A DNA stretch of 38,938 nt from an uncultured Methanosarcinales archaeon (GTDB taxonomy: Archaea > Nanobdellota > Nanobdellia > Woesearchaeales > JAGLXL01). The DNA is taken from contig CAYYLB010000005.1 of the NCBI GenBank assembly GCA_964472345.1, positions 1-38,938 on the forward strand, in the 5' to 3' direction. A model generated the notes under the pieces. The model had not been told where the DNA came from, did no database searches, and saw only the letters and a program-made list of their open reading frames with translations. The position numbers and the translations under genes were made by a program. Below are positions 1-8,607 of the stretch, piece after piece; positions within the stretch are counted from its first letter, which is position 1; every line of letters starts with the position of its first letter.

Positions 1-583
1 TGGCGGGGACAGGCCTATTACTGCAGGGGAGGCGCGGGAGCGGCTCGGCGGAAGCGATGAGGCATTCGCCAAGGCGCAGGAGCTTATCCAGCAATGTGCT
101 GAGCACCAGATTGACTACTGCAGGAGGCGTGGCATCGCGAACATGGACGGAAAGATGGAGCTGGTCGTAGCAGATGGAGCACCGCTCCTCACCGATTTTG
201 CCTGCACCATTGATGAGAACAGGCTGATGCTTCCGTTCCAGCACGGTGGGATTGGGTACTTGCTGCCGACGAACAAAGAGGTGCAGCGGGCGGTATTCCA
301 TGAGCGGGGGGTTTACACGGAAATTGATCAAGCAAAAAAACTGGCCCGAGAAGCTGGCGCTCAAGCGTGGCAGCCCTATCTTTTTAGGGCTGGGATGACC
401 CGCGAACAATTGCGTGGCGCCATTACAGCTTCCATTAAGCTTATCGAGGATGTTATTGGCACTATCGGCAACACATTGCTCGGCAAAGATGTGTTCCCCT
501 CAAAACCAATCAGCGAATGGGGGCCGCGGCTGCTGCCGTACGCAAGCAGGCTCCAGGATGGCCAGTTGCTGCGAGGGGGTTAA
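1..583 (+). CDS. purC: SAICAR synthetase-like protein, 5'-truncated by the window edge
   Basis: The frame of ORF 143-583 is open back to position 2 (GGDRPITAGEARERL...RRGIANMDGKMELVVADG..LLTDFACTIDENRL...NKEVQR). This resembles the PurC C-terminal half (GI..D.K.E, D...T.D..R, DK+..R). It lies next to purH- and purB-like genes. Confidence 0.6.
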   Translation, partial: GGDRPITAGEARERLGGSDEAFAKAQELIQQCAEHQIDYCRRRGIANMDGKMELVVADGAPLLTDFACTIDENRLMLPFQHGGIGYLLPTNKEVQRAVFHERGVYTEIDQAKKLAREAGAQAWQPYLFRAGMTREQLRGAITASIKLIEDVIGTIGNTLLGKDVFPSKPISEWGPRLLPYASRLQDGQLLRGG

Positions 584-589
584 AATCTG

Positions 590-1843
590 ATGATACTCGA
601 GCAGATAGGCGGATTTGAGCAGTACTTTCGCGGACGTGAGGGGAAGCCTCCTGAAGGGATGGATCGGACGGTTAGGCCATTGAAATATGGGGAGGCAATG
701 GCGAACGCTGCGGCGCATGCTCCTGCTGATCCTGACAAAAGGATGTTCAGGCTCGTGAATGGGGATCACCCTGTCGGCTTCGTCAACCATATGGATGTCA
801 TCGCGGCAGCGCATCTCATGGCCACAACTTGCGGTACGGTGATCATAAAGCACACGATGCCCTGCGGAGCGGCGCGTGGCTTCGCCAGCCCGAAGGAGGA
901 ATACGAAGCTGCGAGCGAGGTGGATCCCGTCGCATGCTTGGGCAGCATCATCGGCGCACCCAAAGTAACATGTGAGTCTGCGCGGGAGATGGTCGGCGCC
1001 TCGGGCAGGAGAAAGCGCGACGCGGTCGTCTCCTTCGAGTTTGAAGAAGGGGCGGTTGGCATCCTTCTGCAGGCACAAAAGCCACCGCTCGTTTACGAGG
1101 TGAAGAGGGAATTCGACGTGCCTCTGATCGACGTCCAGCAGGGGCTCGACGGACCGATCTTCCAGGAGCGCCTGCCGCCGCTGCAGCGTGCGGATCTGCA
1201 GCTCGCGGCTGGAGATGCTCCCCGCACAGAGCAGGTTCTCGACGACCTCGTCTTCGGCATGCACGTCGCTGCAGCGCTCTATTCCAACAGCATCTGTTTC
1301 GTTGAGCGGACAGCGAAGGAGGTTATCGCGGTCGGCATGAAAGGGGGAACGCCGGACCGCGTCAGCGTTGCGCGCGGGGCAATGGAGAACGCCGTGATGT
1401 ATTACCTGCGGAAATATCTCGGCGAACCAAAAGAAGCTCTCACTGCAAAAGCCAACGGCGATATCGGGGTTCAGCTTTACATGGCGTCCGACGGGTTCTT
1501 TCCCGACCCTGCGGCGCTGAGCCTCGCAACCGCATCCCAGATCGAATGCATCAAGAAACGGCTTTCGTGGCATCCTGACCAGCCCACGATGGACTCCTTC
1601 GGCGAACGTACGCTCAAACTCATACGGAAGGAAGGCTGGAACGCCGCGCAGAAGATGCAAGTGATTGCGGGAAAGCTTGACATAACTGTCCCGTACGTCA
1701 TCAGCCCCGGTGGCTCCCAGAGTGATGCCAATGTTGCCGACTACGCTTTGGAACAAGGTATGGTGCTGTTTCATCCAATGCGTGATGGAAAGCATCTGCG
1801 CTTTTTCAAGCACGCGCCGCTGTCGCCCTATCGTGTCAGGTGA
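590..1843 (+). CDS. purH: AICAR transformylase-like protein (PurH C-terminal domain only, divergent)
   Basis: Motifs LKYGE, IIKHTMPCG, YSNSI, MASDGFFP, ISPGGSQSD and RFFKH match PurH LRYGEN/KHxNPCG/SNAI/ASDAFFP/IQPGGS.RD/RHFRH. There is no N-terminal IMP cyclohydrolase domain. Confidence 0.7.
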   Translation: MILEQIGGFEQYFRGREGKPPEGMDRTVRPLKYGEAMANAAAHAPADPDKRMFRLVNGDHPVGFVNHMDVIAAAHLMATTCGTVIIKHTMPCGAARGFASPKEEYEAASEVDPVACLGSIIGAPKVTCESAREMVGASGRRKRDAVVSFEFEEGAVGILLQAQKPPLVYEVKREFDVPLIDVQQGLDGPIFQERLPPLQRADLQLAAGDAPRTEQVLDDLVFGMHVAAALYSNSICFVERTAKEVIAVGMKGGTPDRVSVARGAMENAVMYYLRKYLGEPKEALTAKANGDIGVQLYMASDGFFPDPAALSLATASQIECIKKRLSWHPDQPTMDSFGERTLKLIRKEGWNAAQKMQVIAGKLDITVPYVISPGGSQSDANVADYALEQGMVLFHPMRDGKHLRFFKHAPLSPYRVR

Positions 1844-1926
1844 GAAATATGCAAAACGAGACCGAGAGTAACAACAGCCTGTTTTCGCATGCAACGCGCT
1901 GCTTCGCGCACTTTTGAGGTCAACCT

Positions 1927-3516
1927 ATGGCACTAACGCTTGACGATCTCTGCGGCGGTTACGGGTCTGACTGGAGAACAATCAGCAGCACGCAAGCGAC
2001 TCCGGAAGACAAGGCACGCCTTGCGAAGCGCCACCTCGACGCGAAGTACGGGAAGACGCTCGGTCCCATCAACGAAATCACCGGCGTCATGGAACTCTTC
2101 CGCAACCGGCTGCGCGTTTCCATCGAGTACCTCATTGCGCTTGCCGGCGTGATGCAGTCCTACGATGGCTCACGTGTCATCGATGCCGCGCTGACGGAAG
2201 AGCAGAAGGCAGCGCTGAGGAGCATCCCCGAGATGTTTGGCGCTGACCAGCAGGTGCAGATCGAGCTGATTGAACATCATGCCGAGCACGACCTTGCGGC
2301 AACCACCGACTGGCTGAAGATGCAGCTCCTGAGCAATCCGCTCTACGGGCTGCAGCAGTACGCAGACGCAGTCCACTTTGCCCTCACCTCGGAGAATATC
2401 AACGGCCCCGCCTTTGGGCTGATGCACCAGCGGCTTTTACAGGAGATCATCCTTCCAGTGATCATCGGCTTTCAGGAGCTCTGCCTCGAGCGCGGAGAGC
2501 GCTACCTCGAGCTGCCTATCGTCGCTTTCACGCACGGACAGCCAGCGGAGCCGACGACACTCGGGAAGGAGTACCTGAATATTGCTGCTGCAGTCGACAA
2601 TGGACTCAAGAAGTTTCTTGTTCGTGACGAAAAAACGGGCGAGCGGGTTCCATTCCGCTTCACTGCGTCCATGCGCGGCGCTGTCGGAAACCTCAGCGAT
2701 CATTATGCGGCGTATCCATCCATTGACTGGAGAAGCATGCTTGATGGGGTTGTCGCCTCATTCGGGCTTGAGCCGGTCGATATGTCCGACCAGTGCGAGC
2801 CATTCAGCCGCTACCATTCGTTTGCCAACATCGTCGATGAAATTGCCGTTCCTGTCCTTAAATTCGCTGAAGATTTCTGGCTGCGCGTCCATGATGGGGT
2901 GTATACGAAGAAGCCCAAAGAAAGCCATAAGGGATCAACGGCGATGCCCCAGAAAAAGAACCCATGGCTGTTAGAGGGCGGAATGGCAATCATGCGGAAA
3001 GGCATTGCTCAGCTGCTCTTCACCATCAATGATATGCGGGGCTATCACCAAAGCGGGGACATAAGCCGCTCAGTCCTGAGCAGGGATATCGGTGACGACT
3101 ATGGGAAGATAGTCCTTGGGCTGAAGCGCATCATGAGAGAGGTGGGGAACTATTTTCCGGATGAGGCAAAAATCCAGGGGCAGTTCCGCAGACATCCTGA
3201 GGTCGCCGGCGGCGCAGTGATGACTCGGCTAAAGGCGATGGATGTTAAATGCGATCCGTACCGCGAAATTCAGCAGGTGAGTGTTGCAGCCGAAGAAGCA
3301 CGTAATGGAGGTCGAGATCCCTCTGCTGCCTACCGCGACGGCTTGTCGGCACTATGCGAACAGCGGGGGCTGTCCCTTGAGCAAGGCGGGCGTATTCTGG
3401 ACCTTTGCGATCCGAAGAATAACCTCGGAGCAGCGGTTTCCATGGGCCGCGACTGCATCGAGCGCTGCCGCGCAACAGTGCAGGAACTGAAAAAGTTATA
3501 CCTAAGTGGGAATTAA
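1927..3516 (+). CDS. purB: adenylosuccinate lyase
   Basis: HFALTSENIN, THGQPAEPTTLGKE, GAVGN and the fumarase-superfamily signature GSTAMPQKKNP. GAGGT Shine-Dalgarno upstream. Confidence 0.85.
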   Translation: MALTLDDLCGGYGSDWRTISSTQATPEDKARLAKRHLDAKYGKTLGPINEITGVMELFRNRLRVSIEYLIALAGVMQSYDGSRVIDAALTEEQKAALRSIPEMFGADQQVQIELIEHHAEHDLAATTDWLKMQLLSNPLYGLQQYADAVHFALTSENINGPAFGLMHQRLLQEIILPVIIGFQELCLERGERYLELPIVAFTHGQPAEPTTLGKEYLNIAAAVDNGLKKFLVRDEKTGERVPFRFTASMRGAVGNLSDHYAAYPSIDWRSMLDGVVASFGLEPVDMSDQCEPFSRYHSFANIVDEIAVPVLKFAEDFWLRVHDGVYTKKPKESHKGSTAMPQKKNPWLLEGGMAIMRKGIAQLLFTINDMRGYHQSGDISRSVLSRDIGDDYGKIVLGLKRIMREVGNYFPDEAKIQGQFRRHPEVAGGAVMTRLKAMDVKCDPYREIQQVSVAAEEARNGGRDPSAAYRDGLSALCEQRGLSLEQGGRILDLCDPKNNLGAAVSMGRDCIERCRATVQELKKLYLSGN

Positions 3517-3534
3517 CGGCCGCTGAGAATCGCT

Positions 3535-4131
3535 TTACCCGCACCCCACCACCGCATCCTCCACCTTCAGCGTGAGCACGGCGCTCGATTTGGGATGGGT
3601 GATGGCACGGCTTGTTTCGCCGATCTTGACGGTGATGAATTCTTCGCTGAGGAGCTTGCCGTAGTGCTGCTTGGTGATCTTGAACGGCACGACCTTGGGT
3701 TCAGGCTGGCAGGCTGCGCCCGTCCTGGCGATCTCCCATGCGATGGCGCCTGCGGCGATGTAGCTGCCTTTTCCGGGCGGCAGGGTGTGCGTTTCGCCGG
3801 TATTCGTCTTCACCGTGACCTGCGTGAGCGTGCATTTCTTCTCGCATGCCGCCTCAAATACCTCCGCAAGCGAGCGGCACTGGCCATTGACGCACGAGCT
3901 CCCGGGGCAGTCGCTGTTCGCGGCGCAGATGCGCGCTTCCGGGGCAGCCTCCTGCTGCGGCTCGGCAGGCGGCTCCTGAGGCTCCTGCACCTGCCCGGCT
4001 GCCGCTTGCTGCGCTGCCCGCTGCGCCTCCTCTGCCTGCTCCGGAGCGGTCTGCTCGGCAGGAGCGAAGAGAGCACAGCCCGTGACGAGAAGCAGCAGCG
4101 CTGCGAAGAGCATGAGGAACCGCGGTTGCAT
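3535..4131 (-). CDS. putative lipoprotein with Q/E/P-rich linker and Cys-rich segment
   Basis: ATG 4131 lies 22 nt below a TATA box (4154-4161). Signal peptide with lipobox MQPRFLMLFAALLLLVTGC; CxxxxDCxxxxCxxxxC segment. Confidence 0.7.
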   Translation of the reverse strand: MQPRFLMLFAALLLLVTGCALFAPAEQTAPEQAEEAQRAAQQAAAGQVQEPQEPPAEPQQEAAPEARICAANSDCPGSSCVNGQCRSLAEVFEAACEKKCTLTQVTVKTNTGETHTLPPGKGSYIAAGAIAWEIARTGAACQPEPKVVPFKITKQHYGKLLSEEFITVKIGETSRAITHPKSSAVLTLKVEDAVVGCG

Positions 4132-4154
4132 GTCTGGAGGGAAACGCCGCTGGT

Positions 4155-4745
4155 TTATAAGCGTGACGGATGGTTGGGCTCCGGAGAAAAAGTGGCTGTA
4201 GCTGCCGGTTGTCCCCCCGGCGGCCGCGCCAGCTCCACTTCCGTGACATCGACGTCCTTGACGATGCGGCGGCTCCATTTCCTGACGATGTCACGGCAGT
4301 CGTTGATGTCCTCGAAGAAGTGGGGGAATTTCCGGCAGATGGAAGGGCGTGCATTGTAGATGGTGCAGAATGCCTTCCCCTCCGGCAGGCGCTTCAGGAA
4401 ATAGCAGTCACCGTTCACAAGCCTGATGCCCCAGCCGCTGCCGTCAAGCAGGGGATCCGCGTACTGCCGGGTGCGCAGCCCCTTGTGAAAGAGGATGCGC
4501 AGGCGGTCGCGCAGGGAGAGGCGCACCTTGAGGGTGCAGCAGAAGGTGCCGACCGGACAGTTGCTGCAGTCGATGTTGCGGTGCTTGTAGAACGCTTCAG
4601 GAGCGGGCAGCTTGGCGCGGAAGAGAGGCTCGCGGACACTCCGCTCCGTTTCGGCAAGGCCTGCGCCTTCGGGCGCTTTGACGCTGGCAGAACCAGCCCG
4701 CGCAGCGCCGGCATCTGCGTTGCTGATGGGCACGCCTACTGCCAT
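4155..4745 (-). CDS. YkgJ/UPF0153 family Cys-cluster (Zn/Fe-chelating) protein
   Basis: CSNC...CC, DCYFL and CTIYNARPSICRKFP motifs. Confidence 0.8.
   Translation of the reverse strand: MAVGVPISNADAGAARAGSASVKAPEGAGLAETERSVREPLFRAKLPAPEAFYKHRNIDCSNCPVGTFCCTLKVRLSLRDRLRILFHKGLRTRQYADPLLDGSGWGIRLVNGDCYFLKRLPEGKAFCTIYNARPSICRKFPHFFEDINDCRDIVRKWSRRIVKDVDVTEVELARPPGGQPAATATFSPEPNHPSRL
4177..4210. repeat. solo end of the MITE family seen at 13450/16798
   Basis: GGCTCCGGAGAAAAAGTGGCTGTAGCTGCCGG aligns with the reverse complement of the MITE right end, GGCTCTGTAGAAAAGTGGCCGTAGCCGTCAG. No partner end or TSD found. Confidence 0.55.
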
Positions 4746-4897
4746 AGGATCGTGCGGTGCTTCGGCTTCCAGTGCTGCCGCTTGTGGGCTGCGAGATTCT
4801 CTTCGCTTGCGAAATGCTTCCTGCAGTAGAGGCAGCGGTGCCCATGCATGTGGTGCTGCTTCCGCACGAGCTCCCCAAGCAGGCCGTAGAACGTCAT
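4736..4897 (-). CDS. small C2H2 zinc-finger protein
   Basis: C-x2-C-x3-F-x5-L-x2-H-x3-H (CLYCRKHFASEENLAAHKRQH). ATG 4897 overlaps the upstream stop (ATGA). Confidence 0.7.
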   Translation of the reverse strand: MTFYGLLGELVRKQHHMHGHRCLYCRKHFASEENLAAHKRQHWKPKHRTILWQ

Positions 4898-5085
4898 GAG
4901 CGCGTCCAGGCGCTGAGGCATTTCAGGCTGCAAAACGACAGCTTGTCCGCCTTGCGCTTGATCTTCCAGTGGGCTTCGAGGTGAAAATGATCTGCGTCGC
5001 GGTTAACCGCACGGCCACACTGCCTGCACGCCGGCGGCTTCTGCGGCTTGACCGCGCCGGGCGTTATCTTGGTGAAATGTTTCAT
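4894..5085 (-). CDS. small TRASH/MYM-like zinc-binding protein
   Basis: CRQC...FCSLKC motif; translationally coupled to the next gene. Confidence 0.65.
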   Translation of the reverse strand: MKHFTKITPGAVKPQKPPACRQCGRAVNRDADHFHLEAHWKIKRKADKLSFCSLKCLSAWTRS

Positions 5086-5087
5086 TC

Positions 5088-5270
5088 TTACTTGGCTTCC
5101 GTGATCGCCGCATGATGCTCTGACACGAGCTTGTCAAATTCCTTGCGGAGCGTATCGAGCTTGACGCGCTTCGCGGGATTTATCTGGTTCCGCTGGGCAT
5201 CCCACTCCATCACCTGCAGCTTCTGCCGCATCTCAAGCAGCCTCATTTCCATTTCTTCAGATTGTATCAT
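5088..5270 (-). CDS. small hypothetical coiled-coil protein
   Basis: First ORF of a tightly packed minus-strand run; TATA-like TTTATATA upstream (about 5293-5300). Confidence 0.6.
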   Translation of the reverse strand: MIQSEEMEMRLLEMRQKLQVMEWDAQRNQINPAKRVKLDTLRKEFDKLVSEHHAAITEAK

Positions 5271-5414
5271 ACCACTTGGGATTTTTCGAGGGTATATAAA
5301 TGTTTGGAGAATGGCCTTTCCTTATTGTGTATTATTCACTACCAAAATGTTTAAATATAAGCTTTGTATACTAATATATGTTTTAGTATACTAAAAGGAG
5401 GCAAAAGGAATACA

Positions 5415-6284
5415 ATGTCCGGGCAGATTGCCGAAGCGGAGCCTGTGGAAGTTAGTAGAGAACCTGCGGAAACGCCCAATCTTGAGGAGCGCCTCCGCCA
5501 GCTCACGAATGAGGCCAAGGAGCGCACCGGCCACGAGTGGGAGAGGGCAAGGCAGGCGCTTGAGGCGGTGCTTCCTGCTGCGCTCGCGGGACAGGCGCTC
5601 CGCATCTTTAATTATCTTGCGGAGATGCGTGACGCGGAGGCCGTGCGGGCGGAGAATGAAGGCGGGACGTATGGGCTACACGGGCTTGCGGTTGTCATGA
5701 ATTACGACCCTCAGAAAGGTCAGAAAGGGCGCGGCCGCTACTTCTCTGCCGGTGAAAAAATAATGGGTGAGGATTCCGATATCTTCAAGGGTCATATCGT
5801 AGGCCCGGGTAATCGCATTACTGATGACGGCTTTGATACGAAACTCCGCAAAGCGATGGGCATTGATGGTGTCGTTCTCGTTGATCGTGCCGGCTACGCG
5901 CTCCACAGCGGCTATATCATCTCTCTCGATGCCAAAAAAGTGCTCAGGAAACATCCTCTTGCCCAGGCGAGCTATGTCAGGATGGGCGATCACGCAGAAC
6001 CAGGGACGCGGCACCTGAACGTCTTCGCCGCCACCGCGCTCCTCGACGACATCGTCGTGCTGACGCTCAAGAGCGATGCACCGCAGATCAGAATCATCTA
6101 TCAGGGGCAGGCCCTGCATTCGACGTGCGAAGGCGAGGCGAACTACCAGAAGCAAGCTCCCTCATTGTATGCTTCCTTCCAGAAAGCGGCAGCAGCAGTT
6201 GCATCTGTCTTCTCAGAAGCCTATGAGGGAGCAGGGCGTGCACTAGGGCGTGCGCTAAGCACCCTTGCGGCGAAGCTCCCGTAG
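5415..6284 (+). CDS. DisA/DAC (diadenylate cyclase)-domain protein
   Basis: IDGVVLVD..G (DGA motif variant), GTRH (RHR motif variant) and VLTLKSD...IRII follow the DAC fold pattern. GGAGG SD upstream of ATG 5415. Confidence 0.7.
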   Translation: MSGQIAEAEPVEVSREPAETPNLEERLRQLTNEAKERTGHEWERARQALEAVLPAALAGQALRIFNYLAEMRDAEAVRAENEGGTYGLHGLAVVMNYDPQKGQKGRGRYFSAGEKIMGEDSDIFKGHIVGPGNRITDDGFDTKLRKAMGIDGVVLVDRAGYALHSGYIISLDAKKVLRKHPLAQASYVRMGDHAEPGTRHLNVFAATALLDDIVVLTLKSDAPQIRIIYQGQALHSTCEGEANYQKQAPSLYASFQKAAAAVASVFSEAYEGAGRALGRALSTLAAKLP

Positions 6285-6330
6285 CGGCGCGGCTGTTTTC
6301 CCGGCATCTCATCAACCGTCAAAAACCCGC

Positions 6331-6463
6331 GGCGTCATTGAAAAGTTCCCGTTCGCCACGCTCGACCCGCTTGTCCTTCGGACCGGCATCGAGCTTGAGC
6401 CTGGCAGGCGTCCCGCTTACGCCGGCGCTCACTGGCCGCCTTGGCGAACTTTTCAATGACGCC
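6331..6463. mobile_element. MITE, 133 bp
   Basis: Perfect 18-bp TIR GGCGTCATTGAAAAGTTC/GAACTTTTCAATGACGCC, flanked by 8-bp direct repeat AAACCCGC (6323-6330 and 6464-6471). Confidence 0.9.
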
Positions 6464-6507
6464 AAACCCGCGCAATCTTTATATACCAACTCATCAGCGG
6501 ACCGTGC

Positions 6508-6909
6508 ATGGCAGGAATGGGGTGTGGCGGGTGCGGCTCAGCCGCAGTTCATGAAGTGGAAACGCAGCAGGTTGCTCCTGACACGCAGACGGTGACGCTC
6601 ACGGCGGCAGCGGCCGAAAAGACCAAGGAATTCATGCAGCAGGAAGGCAAGCAGGGCTGGGGGCTGCGGATCCAGGTCGTTCCCGGCGGCTGCGCGGGCT
6701 TCCAGTACGGCCTTGACTTTGACGAGAGCGCGCGCAAGGACGATGAGGTCATCGAGCAGGAAGGCCTGAGGATATTCGTCGATGCGGCGAGCGTGCCGTA
6801 CCTGCGCGGCACCGTGATCGATTTCACCGAGAGCCTGCAGGCCACCGGCTTTAAGATCATCAACCCGAACGCAACGAAGAGCTGCGGCTGCGGCAACTCA
6901 TTCGGCTGA
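6508..6909 (+). CDS. A-type Fe-S carrier (IscA/ErpA/HesB family)
   Basis: GGCAGFQY, NPNA and CGCGNSF motifs; TATA box 22 nt upstream. Confidence 0.92.
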   Translation: MAGMGCGGCGSAAVHEVETQQVAPDTQTVTLTAAAAEKTKEFMQQEGKQGWGLRIQVVPGGCAGFQYGLDFDESARKDDEVIEQEGLRIFVDAASVPYLRGTVIDFTESLQATGFKIINPNATKSCGCGNSFG

Positions 6910-7589
6910 TGGCGTTCACCGCAGGGCTCAGCATTCTTCTTGGACTGATTCTCGGCATCCGGCACGCGCTTGACGCCGACCATCTCGCTGCGCTTTCCGC
7001 CATCGCAGGCCGGGCAAGAACCGTGACGCACGCGTCGCTCGCCGGCGCCTGGTGGGGCATCGGCCACGCGAGCACGCTGCTTCTCGCCGGAGCGCTCGTG
7101 CTCGGCTTCCGGCTCACGATCCCGCCAGCGCTCGCACTGCTGGCTGAAGCTGCGACCGGAGCGATGCTCATCGCGCTTGGCATCGGTGTGATCAGGGCTG
7201 CACGGCTCAGGAAGCTCCACATGCACACACACGTGCACGGCAGCATCCGCCACGCGCACGTCCACACGCACGCGCACACTGCACGCCACCGGCATGTGCA
7301 CCGCCCGTTTCTCGTCGGGCTGATGCACGGCATCGCGGGAAGCGGGGCCGTTGCGCTGCTTGCGGCAACAGGAATGTCCTCAACGATGGAAGGCATCGCG
7401 TTCCTTGCGGTGTTCGGGCTCGGCGCGATGCTCGGCATGATGACCATGAGCGCCGCGGTGAGCGTTCCGCTGCGCGCGATGGAACGCCTTCCGCGGGCGC
7501 ACCAATGCGCCATGATCTCGGGCGGCGCCGGGAGCGTAGTGATCGGGGCAGCTGTTCTCGTGCAGACCGGCAGCAGAATATTTATATAG
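6909..7589 (+). CDS. nickel transporter (NiCoT/UreH/SodT-like)
   Basis: RHALDADH (HX4DH), WGIGH, His-rich loop and HGIAGSG; hydrophobic; adjacent to sodN. Confidence 0.85.
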   Translation: MAFTAGLSILLGLILGIRHALDADHLAALSAIAGRARTVTHASLAGAWWGIGHASTLLLAGALVLGFRLTIPPALALLAEAATGAMLIALGIGVIRAARLRKLHMHTHVHGSIRHAHVHTHAHTARHRHVHRPFLVGLMHGIAGSGAVALLAATGMSSTMEGIAFLAVFGLGAMLGMMTMSAAVSVPLRAMERLPRAHQCAMISGGAGSVVIGAAVLVQTGSRIFI

Positions 7590-7632
7590 GCTGCCGCATC
7601 CAGGCATGACAAAGAAACCGGAGGTACCTGCC

Positions 7633-8145
7633 ATGCTCCATCGTCTTTTGCACGCGGTTGAAACGCTCATACCTTTACGGACTGTTTCTGCACATTGCGA
7701 CATTCCCTGCGGCATCTACGACCCGCATCTCGCGCAGCTCGCGGCGCACACCGTCGTGCGGATGGTGCAGCTGATCAACGAGCTGCCCAAGCCTGGGGCT
7801 GACGCGACAGGCCAGCAGCGGCAGGAGTTTGTCCACAAGATGGCACGCGCCACGGCGACGAAAGACGAGCATGCCGAGCTGGTGAAGCATGAGGTGCGCA
7901 TCATCTGGGGCGACTTCTTCAAGCCGGAGCACCTGAAGCAGTTCCCGGAGCTGCACGAGCTTGTCTGGCAGATCATGAAGCTTGCGTCAAAGGCGCGGCA
8001 GGAAACGGGCATGGAGCCCGCGCAGGAATTGCTGGCGAATGTGCAGCGGTTCGCGGAGATCTTCTGGAAGGCGAAGGGGATCGAGCCAGTGCGCGCCAAG
8101 GCCCCCTATCCGGGCGGCGGCGAGCTGGTGCTGCCAAGACCATGA
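7633..8145 (+). CDS. sodN: nickel superoxide dismutase precursor
   Basis: Ni-hook HCDIPCGIYDP after a prosequence, plus IWGDFFK. GGAGGT SD precedes ATG 7633 (alternative start 7606). Confidence 0.95.
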   Translation: MLHRLLHAVETLIPLRTVSAHCDIPCGIYDPHLAQLAAHTVVRMVQLINELPKPGADATGQQRQEFVHKMARATATKDEHAELVKHEVRIIWGDFFKPEHLKQFPELHELVWQIMKLASKARQETGMEPAQELLANVQRFAEIFWKAKGIEPVRAKAPYPGGGELVLPRP

Positions 8146-8441
8146 GCCTGCTTACGTGCTTCCGCGTCGCGGGAACGAGCATGCTGCCGGCGTTCCGTCC
8201 CGGCGACTATGTCTTCGTCAGCCAGATTCCCTATTTCCTCCGCAGCCCGCGAGCCGGCGACGTGGTTGTCTGCAGGCACCCGAAAACGCGCAGGCCGCTG
8301 CTCAAGCGCATTGCGGCTGTTCAGCATGAGGCGTATCACGTTGCGGGCGACAACGCAGCGGAAAGCTCCGACAGCAGGCACTTCGGCGCGCTCGGCAGGG
8401 ACGGGATTCTCGGAAAGGTCTGCTCATGCATCCGCGCCTAG
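8142..8441 (+). CDS. sodX: Ni-SOD maturation protease (S26/S24-like)
   Basis: VAGTSMLP, LLKR and GDN...SSDSRHFG motifs; ATGA-coupled to sodN. Confidence 0.9.
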   Translation: MSLLTCFRVAGTSMLPAFRPGDYVFVSQIPYFLRSPRAGDVVVCRHPKTRRPLLKRIAAVQHEAYHVAGDNAAESSDSRHFGALGRDGILGKVCSCIRA

Positions 8442-8566
8442 GGAAACGCGCCGCACGGCGCAGGAAGAACCCGCTCGACGACTACCTTCAAGAGCTCGAG
8501 AAATACGAGGAAGGGACGACGCCGAAGCAGGCGGAGCTGGAGGATTGCACGCATGCTGATAAATAG
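8426..8566 (+). CDS. possible small hypothetical protein (46 aa)
   Basis: MHPRLGKRAARRRKNPLDDYLQELEKYEEG... has host-like codon use, but is short and overlaps the end of sodX. Confidence 0.25.
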   Translation: MHPRLGKRAARRRKNPLDDYLQELEKYEEGTTPKQAELEDCTHADK

Positions 8567-8607
8567 AGGCGAAAGGATATAAAGCGGCGGTGCTCCTGCG
8601 GCGGTGC

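Noticed and set aside
500..1894. Long antisense ORFs (500-1894, 9912-11132, 30157-31263 and others)
   Set aside because: Shadow frames opposite well-supported genes in GC-rich DNA, with no motifs.
7215..7305. CAC/GCAC low-complexity repeats
   Set aside because: They encode the His-rich loop of the nickel transporter and are not a DNA repeat array.
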